Positions 38,227 through 47,332 of a stretch of 64,000 nt of DNA are shown in pieces. The position numbers and the translations under genes were made by a program. The DNA lies in contig JADKIL010000006.1 of the NCBI GenBank assembly GCA_016721315.1, positions 82,831 to 146,830 of the forward strand, written 5' to 3'. The notes under the pieces are model-generated. The model was not told the DNA's origin, searched no databases, and worked only from the letters and a program-made list of their open reading frames with translations. The number at the start of each line of letters is the position of its first letter. Position 1 is the first letter of the stretch. The DNA comes from Candidatus Villigracilis vicinus (GTDB lineage: Bacteria; Chloroflexota; Anaerolineae; Anaerolineales; Villigracilaceae).

Positions 38227-40485
38227 ATGCAGTCAGACTTGAAGAAGCGTTTTCTTTCCCACCTTTCATTAAAAACCATCCTGACCATTCCTTATAGCTT
38301 ATTAATATTTTTCGCAATCGGAATGGTTAGTTACACCGTATACACAAAAGAAAGAACCGCGCTAAATAACGTTACGAGTCAACTTAGGGATGAAACCGCC
38401 GCGCATATTCAAGACCATCTGGTCACACTCCTAAACACGCCCCATCAAATTAACCAACTGAACGCATCCGCACTTCAAATAGGCAGGCTGAACAAAGAAA
38501 ACACCGAAGAGCTTCAGCGATATTTTTTAGATCAGGTCAAAACTTATCCAGCCATCACCAGTATTTATTTTGGGAATTCAAGCGGAGGGTTGGTAGGCGC
38601 CGGACGTGAAGTTACAAGTGGTATCTTCTACGTAACAGAGACCGAGAACTTTCAACACGGGAATTTTCTTAAGTTGCATCTGGATGAAAACGGGGAAAAG
38701 CTTACCACCCCATTATCCATTGTGCCAAATTTCGATGCACGCCTGCGCCCATGGTACATCAACGCTTCACAGCATGGAGATGCAGTATGGAGCGAAATAT
38801 ACATCCTTTTCACCGGTCAGGACATGGCACTTGCCGCAAGCCGCCCAGTTTACGATGAAATGAACAACACCCTGCTTGGTGTTGTTTCTGTGGATATTTC
38901 TCTCTTACAATTAAGCGATTATCTCAAAAATCTCAGCTTCAGCTCTGTGGGGCAAATATTTATCATTGAACATTCAGGGGCGTTAGTCGCTACATCGAAC
39001 AATGAAATAATTTTCAAAGACACGAACAACGACGGCACCAAAGAACGGATCTATGCCCAAGACAGTCAATCCGCTTTAATTCGTCAGTCCAATAAACTAT
39101 TACTTGAGAAGTATCAGGCGTATGAAAATATTCCGGATGAAGAACAACCCATTGAATTTGACCTGGATGGGAAGAAACACTTCCTGCAATACTTTTCCAT
39201 TAACGACAAGCGTGGAATTGATTGGATTGTTGTTATTGCCGCACCAGAATCTGCCTTTTTTAAAAACATCGATGTCGGCAACCGCACAGCTCTTCTGCTT
39301 GTACTTACCGCTCTGGTAGCATCCATTGTCGCCAGTTTTTTTATTGCCTCAAAGATTACGACCCGAATTCAACAATTAGAGCAATCCACAAACATATTGG
39401 CGGCGGGTAACTGGGACCATCAAATAAATATGGATACGCGCGTCGTGGAGTTACAAGGCTTAATAAATTCGTTCACGATCATGAAAGATAAACTTCATCA
39501 CGTCATGACCGAACTTATGTCAGAAGTTGAAGAGCACAAAATAACAGAAACAAAGCTGAAAGAACAGCGCGATTTTTCATCCCAAATCATAAACTTGATG
39601 GGACAAGGTCTTACCGTTCTGGATGAACAAGGACGGTTTGAATTTGTGAACCCGGGCTACGCCAAGTTATTGGGGTATGAAATTGAGGATCTGATCGGAA
39701 AAAAACCCAAAGAAGTTGCAGACCCCGAGGAAGTCGAAAAAATTAACATTCAACGAAAATTACGAACAGCCGGAAAAACAACAACGTACGAAGCTCGTTT
39801 GGTGCGGGCAGACGGAAGTATCGCCACAGTGTTGATCACTGGAGTGCCTCGCGGCACTGAAGGCAATTACAAGGGAGCCATCACGGTCGTCACTGACCTT
39901 AGTGAGCGAAAACGCATGGAAGAAGAAGTGCGGCAGGCAAAAGACGCACTCCAACATGCACTGACTCGTGAAGCGCACCTGGCTCGTACTGACGAATTAA
40001 CCGGAATCAATAATCGTAGACACCTATTCGAATTGGCAAAATCAAAGGTTAAGGTAGCGGCGCGATATCAATTATCGCTGTCTGTCATTATGTTCGATAT
40101 TGATCACTTCAAGAAGATCAACGATCATTGGGGACACAGCCTTGGAGATAAGATCCTGATGGAAATCGCACTTGTGGTGCAGTCTGAAATTCGAAGTTCA
40201 GATCTATTCGGGCGATATGGCGGCGAGGAATTCATCATTTTCCTGCCAATGACGCCCGCAACACAGGCGTACACCCTTGCAGAACGCATTCGAAAAAGGG
40301 TAGCCAACCTCAAAGTCCATTCGGATGACGGGGACGATGTGTCGGTAACGATCAGCATCGGCGTTATCCAAATGCGTACCGGTCCCACCCCCGAATCGCT
40401 TGAAGAACTGCTCCAACGTGTAGACAAAGCCATGTACGATGCCAAAGAGTCCGGACGGAACTGCATCGTGATCGATGATCTATAA
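38227..40485 (+). CDS. Diguanylate cyclase (Cache, HAMP, PAS, GGDEF)
   Basis: RPWY Cache motif between two TM helices, PAS, DIDHFK, RSSD I-site, GGEEF. Confidence 0.92.
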   Translation: MQSDLKKRFLSHLSLKTILTIPYSLLIFFAIGMVSYTVYTKERTALNNVTSQLRDETAAHIQDHLVTLLNTPHQINQLNASALQIGRLNKENTEELQRYFLDQVKTYPAITSIYFGNSSGGLVGAGREVTSGIFYVTETENFQHGNFLKLHLDENGEKLTTPLSIVPNFDARLRPWYINASQHGDAVWSEIYILFTGQDMALAASRPVYDEMNNTLLGVVSVDISLLQLSDYLKNLSFSSVGQIFIIEHSGALVATSNNEIIFKDTNNDGTKERIYAQDSQSALIRQSNKLLLEKYQAYENIPDEEQPIEFDLDGKKHFLQYFSINDKRGIDWIVVIAAPESAFFKNIDVGNRTALLLVLTALVASIVASFFIASKITTRIQQLEQSTNILAAGNWDHQINMDTRVVELQGLINSFTIMKDKLHHVMTELMSEVEEHKITETKLKEQRDFSSQIINLMGQGLTVLDEQGRFEFVNPGYAKLLGYEIEDLIGKKPKEVADPEEVEKINIQRKLRTAGKTTTYEARLVRADGSIATVLITGVPRGTEGNYKGAITVVTDLSERKRMEEEVRQAKDALQHALTREAHLARTDELTGINNRRHLFELAKSKVKVAARYQLSLSVIMFDIDHFKKINDHWGHSLGDKILMEIALVVQSEIRSSDLFGRYGGEEFIIFLPMTPATQAYTLAERIRKRVANLKVHSDDGDDVSVTISIGVIQMRTGPTPESLEELLQRVDKAMYDAKESGRNCIVIDDL

Positions 40486-40521
40486 CCAACCTGTATTTCT
40501 GCTTTACAACAGAGAAACAAA

Positions 40522-40569
40522 AAAGGAATTCTGATAGTCGCTCTTTCAAGCATTTATCAGAATTCCTTT
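40522..40569. terminator. Stem-loop between convergent genes
   Basis: AAAGGAATTCTGATA / TATCAGAATTCCTTT. Confidence 0.7.
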
Positions 40570-40609
40570 CGATTAACTTGCCAAGGGCACGATCCTTCTT
40601 TGCGTCCTT

Positions 40610-42439
40610 TTACATTGGCAGACCCAACTCCATTAGCTTCTCTTTTGTTGGATAGCCCTTCTCATCCCAGCCGCGCTCTTTATAAAATTCCGGCAGCATC
40701 TTATCGAGTTCCACAACTTTGCCTTTGGCAGGACCATCCGGCAAAGGTTCGTGTAACATACGATACGGGAGTGTATCCCATTCGGGTCCCGAACCAGCCT
40801 TGATCAGGAACATACGCTCAAGCGTATAAACCCGGTCGGCAGCTTTCATCACCTCTTCAGGGGTATATCCTGCGCCGGTGGTCAAATTCATCATGGAGGC
40901 AAGAGTCTCCGGCCAGATCATGCGATCTTTATTGAATACATAGCGGATCGCCACGAATACACACAAACCAGATGAATCGATCAACGCAAAAGAATCTTCA
41001 AAGTGTTTGACGAGGGCGGGCTTGCCTTCCGTGGAAAGCGGGTTCTCCTTAACCGGCACACCAAAAACCTCCTCGTACGCAACATCGCCTTCCATATGTG
41101 AAGCGCCTTTGTTGGATGTGGCATATAACAGCCCCATACCCTGTGAACCACGCGGATCGTATCCAGGGAATTCCTGTTTTCGTGTGGTTACAGCGATCTC
41201 AGGGTGCCCATATTTCTCGGCAAGTCTGTAACTCCCCATGGCAAGCTCCCTGCCAAAGCCTTCGTTGTACGCCATCAATTTGATCATGGCGATCATGGCG
41301 TCGTGGTCGCCAAATTTCAATGGCATACCGATCACATCTTCGGGGATATATCCCTTTTCGTACATTTCCATCGCAGCGGCAATGGTCATGCCAGTGGTGA
41401 TCGTATCCATGCCATATTCATTGCACAAATAATTCGCCTTCACCAGAGCTGCGAGATTACTTACACCGCAGCCTGTACCCAGCGACGAGATCGTTTCGTA
41501 CTCAGGTCCCTCTCCCTTGCCTTTATATGGACCATCAGGCACTTCTGTTAAACGCCCGCACGAAAGTGGACAACGGTAACAGGGTGTATGCCGCACCAGG
41601 TATTGATCTTTAAGGGCGTCGCCATCCACATTGTGAACATGCTCGAATGTTCCTTGCAGAAAATTGCGCGTTGGCAAAATACCCAGCGTATTGGTCACTT
41701 GTGGCACATAGGATGTGCCGTAAATGCGCATGTTCGAACCCTTCTTTACGTCCGCGCCCACATTCTTGGAGGTTCCTACGCTGATCGAACGCATTCCTTC
41801 AGGGTCATGCAATGGCGGGTTTTTATTACCCATCGCAACCACTGCCTTGAGGTTCTTGCTCCCCATCACAGCACCCACACCTGAACGAGCCGCAGCGCGA
41901 TGTTTGTCATTCATGATGGCTGCCATCAAAGCAAGGTTTTCACCAGCGGGTCCAATACAGGCGACACGCGCTTCATCAGATGTCTCTGCTTTGAGGATAT
42001 CCGTCGTCTCATGCGTATCCTTCCCCCACACATGCGCCGCAGACCGGACCTCAACCTGGTCTTCATTCACCAACACATATACCGGCTCTGAGGCTTTTCC
42101 CTCAAAAATGAACATATCAAACCCGGTGCGTTTCATCCATGTTGGAAATTCACCGCCCGAATTGGAATGCGCCAATGCACCCGTCAACGGAGATTTGGTA
42201 ACGACCATATAACGGTTGCCCGTTGGCGCAGGAGTGGCCGTCAGCGGACCCGTAGCAAAGATCAACATATTCTCTGGAGAGAGCGGTTCCGCCATGGGGT
42301 CCATTTCTTTATACATATAATGGATCGCCCAACCGCGCCCGCCAAGATAATCCCGGGCGATCTTCGGGTCTACATCTTCTTTTGTGGCTTTTCGGGTCGT
42401 AAGGTTTACACGTAAAATTTTGAGGTGCCAGCCGTACAT
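40610..42439 (-). CDS. aor: Aldehyde:ferredoxin oxidoreductase (W/Mo-pterin)
   Basis: KSPLTG, IGPAGE, GAVMGSKNLKA, CxxCxxxC, GPEYET, YDPR. Confidence 0.9.
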   Translation of the reverse strand: MYGWHLKILRVNLTTRKATKEDVDPKIARDYLGGRGWAIHYMYKEMDPMAEPLSPENMLIFATGPLTATPAPTGNRYMVVTKSPLTGALAHSNSGGEFPTWMKRTGFDMFIFEGKASEPVYVLVNEDQVEVRSAAHVWGKDTHETTDILKAETSDEARVACIGPAGENLALMAAIMNDKHRAAARSGVGAVMGSKNLKAVVAMGNKNPPLHDPEGMRSISVGTSKNVGADVKKGSNMRIYGTSYVPQVTNTLGILPTRNFLQGTFEHVHNVDGDALKDQYLVRHTPCYRCPLSCGRLTEVPDGPYKGKGEGPEYETISSLGTGCGVSNLAALVKANYLCNEYGMDTITTGMTIAAAMEMYEKGYIPEDVIGMPLKFGDHDAMIAMIKLMAYNEGFGRELAMGSYRLAEKYGHPEIAVTTRKQEFPGYDPRGSQGMGLLYATSNKGASHMEGDVAYEEVFGVPVKENPLSTEGKPALVKHFEDSFALIDSSGLCVFVAIRYVFNKDRMIWPETLASMMNLTTGAGYTPEEVMKAADRVYTLERMFLIKAGSGPEWDTLPYRMLHEPLPDGPAKGKVVELDKMLPEFYKERGWDEKGYPTKEKLMELGLPM

Positions 42440-42489
42440 GTTTGCTCCTTGGGGTGGAAGTTTTTAGTTATGCTTTCATACGTTCTGAT

Positions 42490-42729
42490 CTATCCGCCAG
42501 CAATGGCAGAAAACGCAGTAACCGTATCGCCTTCTTTTAATGGTGTATCCATCTCCACAGTGAGACCATTCAACACGATAACGCTTTCATCATTGAGGGG
42601 GATATCAAAGCGGGATATGACATCGTAAACCGTTACCCCCTCAGGGACGTCCAACTCCACAACGCCGTTCACTGAACCGGGAGGCAGAACATCACGATAA
42701 TTAGCGATCATTTTTACGCGTATCATCAT
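42490..42729 (-). CDS. MoaD/ThiS-family sulfur carrier
   Basis: 79 aa ending in IAGG, directly upstream of aor. Confidence 0.88.
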   Translation of the reverse strand: MMIRVKMIANYRDVLPPGSVNGVVELDVPEGVTVYDVISRFDIPLNDESVIVLNGLTVEMDTPLKEGDTVTAFSAIAGG

Positions 42730-42767
42730 TTGTGAATTTTAGCATGAAAGGGGATAAAATCAGCGCC

Positions 42768-43208
42768 ATGAAACGTCAACTTCCATATCATGGCTGGTGT
42801 TTTGTCTGTGGGAATGAAAACCCGAATTCGATCGGTATCACAATGTTCGTGGATGACGACGGTGTCCTAACCTCTGAATTCATGTTGAACAAGTCACACC
42901 AGGGTCCGCCTGGGCATGCACATGGAGGGGCATCGGCGGCGGTGCTGGATGAAGTGATGGGGTTGGTAGTTTGGGCAGCGGGTTATAAAGTAGTAGCAGC
43001 AAACATCAACATCAATTATCGGAAACTGCTTCCGCTCGAACAGCCGCTTCTTGCGGTTGCGCGAATCACCCAAAAGAGCACAAGGAAAATCGTCAGCATA
43101 GGAGAGATCCGTCTGGCTGATGCAACCGTCGCCGTGGAAGGAAGCGGGGTCTATGTCATCGCCCCGCAATTATTTGTAAAATCACCCATGGAAGGAATTC
43201 ATTCATGA
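42768..43208 (+). CDS. PaaI-family thioesterase
   Basis: CFVCG..N and GPPGHAHGG...LDE motifs. Confidence 0.85.
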   Translation: MKRQLPYHGWCFVCGNENPNSIGITMFVDDDGVLTSEFMLNKSHQGPPGHAHGGASAAVLDEVMGLVVWAAGYKVVAANININYRKLLPLEQPLLAVARITQKSTRKIVSIGEIRLADATVAVEGSGVYVIAPQLFVKSPMEGIHS

Positions 43209-43911
43209 AAACAATCGGTCTGATCGGCGGGATGAGCTGGGAGTCATCCATAGAGTATTATCGCATCATCAATGAAACGGCGAAGGAAAAACTGGGCGGG
43301 CTGCATTCAGCAAAGAGTCTAATGGTGACTGTAGACTTCGCCGAGATCGAAAAACTGCAACACGAAGACCGGTGGGACGAAGCTGGTCAAATTCTGGTGA
43401 AATGTGCGCAAGACCTCGAACGCGGCGGCGCAGATTTCATTGTGCTCTGCACCAATACGATGCATAAACTCGCCGACCAGATCACTGCAAATGTGAACAT
43501 TCCTTTTTGCATATCGCAGATGCCACGGCAGAGAAGATCGTTACAGCAGGTATGCATCGGATCGGATTACTCGGCACACGTTTCACCATGGAACATGATT
43601 TCTATAAAGGACGTCTGATCAACAATTACGGACTGGAAGTCGTTATTCCAAACGAATCTGATCGAGCCATCGTCCACCGTGTGATCTACGAAGAATTGGT
43701 GCTTGGCAAGATCATGGAAGCATCACGGGAAGAATACAAACGCATTATGAATGACCTGCTCTCTCAAGGCGCACAGGGAATTATTCTCGGCTGCACAGAG
43801 ATCGAACTACTCATCAAGGAAGGTGATTGCAATGCGCCACTCTTCCCCACCACAACGATCCACGCAGTCGCCGCTGTGGAAAAATCGCTGGCAGATGCCC
43901 CAAAGGTATGA
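43205..43911 (+). pseudogene. Aspartate/glutamate racemase (YgeA-like) split by a 1-nt frameshift
   Basis: GGMSWES and CTNTMH in one frame, HIAD...LGCTE in another; one extra T at 43504-43508 restores IPFLHIAD. Confidence 0.85.
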
Positions 43912-43993
43912 TATATGCATTAAATAACCAAACGTCCTATTTACTCTGCATGTGAAGCGAATATACTCCTGCAAGAAATTTTCAGGAGAATCC

Positions 43994-44671
43994 ATGTTCA
44001 ATTTATTTAAGAAAAAAGAATCGAAACCAGAAAACCCATTTCCAAATCTCAGAACGCATTTCATGGGCAATGTTCCACTAAACGAATGGCCCAAAGGGGA
44101 AATGAGCGAACATCCGTGGTCTTTATTTGCAGCAGCACGCAAGCATGTATTGGCAAAAAATAATTCTGAAGCCGAGAAAATTTATCGTCAGATCATTGAA
44201 GCACCCGGTCTTGAACCGCGTCACTATATGCAAGCCTGGATGTTCATGCGCTATTTTTTGAAGATCCAGCCGCCCGCTGAAATCTCAAAACAAGTGTATG
44301 GTGTGATGGTAGAAGTTTTTACACCAACGGGCATTATGTTGGTGGTCGCGTATGCCGACCACAAAGCACGAAGTTTGCACTCTTCAGGCGGCGGAGTCAT
44401 TTGGGAGAAACCAAACGACTCTCTAAATGAAAAAGTAGAAGCGGTGATCAAGGCAGGGGAAAATGCGGTTAAATCCATTCCCTTGGTGGTAGTGGATGTC
44501 GTTCCAAAGCCTCCGGCACAAGTTGATCATATTTTGATCTGTATCGCCACTCCTGCAGGTATCTATCACGGATTAGGAACCGGTCAATTCTTATCGAACG
44601 ACCCATATGCCGGTCCGATCGTAACATCATCAGGGCAACTCCTGCAGGGGTTGGAAAGTTTGAAAAAATAA
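43994..44671 (+). CDS. Hypothetical protein
   Basis: 225-aa ORF with an AGGAG Shine-Dalgarno and a downstream terminator. Confidence 0.7.
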   Translation: MFNLFKKKESKPENPFPNLRTHFMGNVPLNEWPKGEMSEHPWSLFAAARKHVLAKNNSEAEKIYRQIIEAPGLEPRHYMQAWMFMRYFLKIQPPAEISKQVYGVMVEVFTPTGIMLVVAYADHKARSLHSSGGGVIWEKPNDSLNEKVEAVIKAGENAVKSIPLVVVDVVPKPPAQVDHILICIATPAGIYHGLGTGQFLSNDPYAGPIVTSSGQLLQGLESLKK

Positions 44672-44681
44672 TTTACGCCTC

Positions 44682-44714
44682 AATAAAGCCCACCCTTTTA
44701 GAGTGGGCTTTATT
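44682..44714 (+). terminator. Intrinsic terminator
   Basis: AATAAAGCCCAC / GTGGGCTTTATT. Confidence 0.75.
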
Positions 44715-44764
44715 ATTTGGCAGGGAAAGAACGCGGAAACACCGGCTTCGGATAAAATATAAGA

Positions 44765-45220
44765 ATGCGATCCGCTTATCTATTCCTTTGTGCGATCTTG
44801 ATCAGTGCCTGCGTCCCTATCCCCACCCCCGAGCCGACGCCCACCGCCGCACCACCATATCGCATTACGCCAAATGAAAATCCTTTCGAACCCAAAATTG
44901 AGGACACTGGCAGGCAAACCGCATCGGTCACGCTAACATCTGTCGGTTTTTCAGAGAGTTACGGGTTCACCCCGCCGCGCGCTGTACTCGCCTTGGTAGG
45001 GTATATGCCCAGTGTTTGCAATGAATTAAGAGTTAATATCAACCCGCCTGATGAGCAATATCGCATCTTTGTAGAGGTGTACAGTCTCATCAACCCGGAT
45101 GTTGAATGCGACAATGTCTTCCAACAATTTGAAACCAGCATTTTGCTCGGAACCTACTCTCCCGGCCGATACTATGTCTGGATCAACGATGCATTGGCGG
45201 GCGATTTCGTCTCGTATTAA
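44765..45220 (+). CDS. Hypothetical lipoprotein
   Basis: Lipobox ISAC, PT linker, two conserved Cys. Confidence 0.75.
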   Translation: MRSAYLFLCAILISACVPIPTPEPTPTAAPPYRITPNENPFEPKIEDTGRQTASVTLTSVGFSESYGFTPPRAVLALVGYMPSVCNELRVNINPPDEQYRIFVEVYSLINPDVECDNVFQQFETSILLGTYSPGRYYVWINDALAGDFVSY

Positions 45221-45287
45221 TTCATATAACCTACCCAAAATGGAACTTATCTGGGCAGATCATCGTCATTTTCCAAAAGGAGACCTG

Positions 45288-45725
45288 ATGAAACGCTTCA
45301 CTATTATGATATTCCTACTTATTGCTTCAGCATGCGCCCCGGCGCCAGATGAAGCTGTCAGCAGCGACGAGCCAGCTTCACCTCAAACCGGCGAATACGC
45401 TCCCAGCCCTGCAGATGGCTCGTTAACTCGCGGCACAGTGTTTGTGGACACTTCAGAATTACTCACACTGGAAAGTTACCCTCTGCAATTTAACCTGAAC
45501 ATCACAGGGAATTTACCAACACCGTGCCATAAACTGCGCATTGCCGTAAATACACCCGATTCAGACAACAACCTTCATATAGATGTGTACTCAGTTGTGG
45601 ATCCAGGCGAAATTTGCATTCAGGTGCTTGAGCCGTTTTCGGTCAATCAACCTTTGGGAAGTTTTCCGCAGGGACACTATCGCCTGTGGGTTAACGGAGA
45701 GATGGTCGCCGAATTTCAATCATAA
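45288..45725 (+). CDS. Hypothetical lipoprotein, paralog of 44765..45220
   Basis: AGGAG Shine-Dalgarno, lipobox ASAC, shared G..P..C..LR...VYS...C...F...LG...G.Y..W.N pattern. Confidence 0.75.
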   Translation: MKRFTIMIFLLIASACAPAPDEAVSSDEPASPQTGEYAPSPADGSLTRGTVFVDTSELLTLESYPLQFNLNITGNLPTPCHKLRIAVNTPDSDNNLHIDVYSVVDPGEICIQVLEPFSVNQPLGSFPQGHYRLWVNGEMVAEFQS

Positions 45726-45756
45726 AAAAAGAGCCGGAAAATTTCCGGCTCTTTTT
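45726..45756. terminator. Bidirectional terminator
   Basis: AAAAAGAGCCGGAAA / TTTCCGGCTCTTTTT between convergent genes. Confidence 0.85.
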
Positions 45757-46231
45757 AATCCACCCGGCTGATTTCGCCAAACCGGGCATTGACCAATGAC
45801 GCCAGATCTTTTACACCCAATTGAATGTTCAATCCACGCTGCCCGCCTGAGATATAGATCTCTTCAAATTTTTGCGCAGCAGAATCGATCACAACTTGAA
45901 AACCTTTATTGATAAGCGCCAACGGTGAAATGCCGCCTGCCTGTAGACCGGTCAATTGTTCGGCTTCGCGTTCGGTTGGTAAATGCATCTTCTTCTCACC
46001 TAAAAAGCTCGCCAGCAACTTCAAATCCACCACATGCCGACCTGGGATAACAGCCAGCACCGGTTTGCCTTTTTCACGCTTGGTAACAATGGTCTTAAAA
46101 ACCTGCTCTTCCGGCACGTTCAAGAACTGTGCCGCCTCCACAGCTCCTAATTTTTCAGCAGGCAGCTCAAATGCTTTATACTTTGTCTTACGGGCATCCA
46201 AAAATCTTGTGACATTATTTGTGACTGACAT
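45755..46231 (-). CDS. ybaK: YbaK/EbsC aminoacyl-tRNA deacylase
   Basis: VFKT, GGISPL, SGGQRG. Confidence 0.85.
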   Translation of the reverse strand: MSVTNNVTRFLDARKTKYKAFELPAEKLGAVEAAQFLNVPEEQVFKTIVTKREKGKPVLAVIPGRHVVDLKLLASFLGEKKMHLPTEREAEQLTGLQAGGISPLALINKGFQVVIDSAAQKFEEIYISGGQRGLNIQLGVKDLASLVNARFGEISRVD

Positions 46232-46315
46232 TTTATTAATTTCCTGTAGAATATTATAAACTTATCAAGGATACTTGCTCTCTGTTGACACCGCAAATAT
46301 TCAAAGGAGGCTGAT

Positions 46316-46666
46316 ATGTCCAACCAGGACCAGGAACGTCTCAAACGTCTACGCGAAAAGCAGATCGCCGATCGTGACCCGCTGGTAAAACAACGCAAAC
46401 TCCAACAGAATTACTCCGTCAAATCCAGACGCATGCGCAAGCCGTTCAAGTTAACAAGCGCATGGAAAGACATTCCCCACGTCATACGCACACCTCTATA
46501 TGGGCTTATCCTCGGCATGGCAGCGATCATCGTCCTGCCAGAACTTTGGGATTCCTTCTTTGCCATTTGGGTGGCTCTTATCATCGCTGTCTTCTTAATT
46601 ATATTTGGCATTATCCTTGGCAATTCGCTGGACTTGCGTGACGATATCAAGGATTCACTGAGGTGA
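46316..46666 (+). CDS. Hypothetical membrane protein
   Basis: AGGAGG Shine-Dalgarno, basic N-terminus, two TM helices. Confidence 0.7.
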   Translation: MSNQDQERLKRLREKQIADRDPLVKQRKLQQNYSVKSRRMRKPFKLTSAWKDIPHVIRTPLYGLILGMAAIIVLPELWDSFFAIWVALIIAVFLIIFGIILGNSLDLRDDIKDSLR

Positions 46667-46747
46667 CACCCAGCGCCTCAAGATCAGACCTGCAACCTGC
46701 ACCACCCCATTCACCCATCTCACCCTGAAAACTGGAGACAACCTAAG

Positions 46748-47200
46748 ATGATCAGTACGGAAACCCTTTCCCAATTCAGCTTGTTCAATGGATTACCTGA
46801 GTCGCTCTTAAGAGAAATAGCAGCCATAAGCACCGAGGCGGAAGCTAAACAGGGCGAGTTTGTCTTTCATGAAGGCGAAAAAGCGGACAAATTGCATTTT
46901 CTCTTGAAAGGAAGCATCGCTTTGCGCGTGAAACTAACCTCCCGACCTGAGAGCGTAACCGTCTCCTTTATCTCAACGCCATTTCGTAGTTTTGGCTGGT
47001 CTGGCATCGTGCCGCCTTTCCATTACACCTCCAGCGCCGAGTGCGACGAAGACTCCACATTGTTGAGCATCCCTGCCGACTCTTTTATGAAGCTGCTTGA
47101 GAACAACCCGGAACATGGATTTGTAGTAATGCGCCGTGTAGCTGAAATAGTCGCCGACCGGTTGAGGAACAGCCATCAAGCTTTGCTAAAAACCCTTTAA
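46748..47200 (+). CDS. Cyclic-nucleotide-binding-domain protein with no HTH
   Basis: LFNGL, VFHEGEKAD...G.I, FGWS; only 150 aa. Confidence 0.8.
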   Translation: MISTETLSQFSLFNGLPESLLREIAAISTEAEAKQGEFVFHEGEKADKLHFLLKGSIALRVKLTSRPESVTVSFISTPFRSFGWSGIVPPFHYTSSAECDEDSTLLSIPADSFMKLLENNPEHGFVVMRRVAEIVADRLRNSHQALLKTL

Positions 47201-47217
47201 ATACACCCGCAAATATA

Positions 47218-47256
47218 GCCCGCCTCAAAAATAACGCCGAGGCGGGTTTTCTTTTT
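47218..47256 (+). terminator. Intrinsic terminator
   Basis: CCCGCCTC / GAGGCGGG followed by TTTTCTTTTT. Confidence 0.7.
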
Positions 47257-47332
47257 CCAAAACCAAGAGAAGCCGCCAGAAAACAGGAACAAGCCCGGCG
47301 TCAGGATGAAGCGGGCGTAGTAAAATCAGGGG

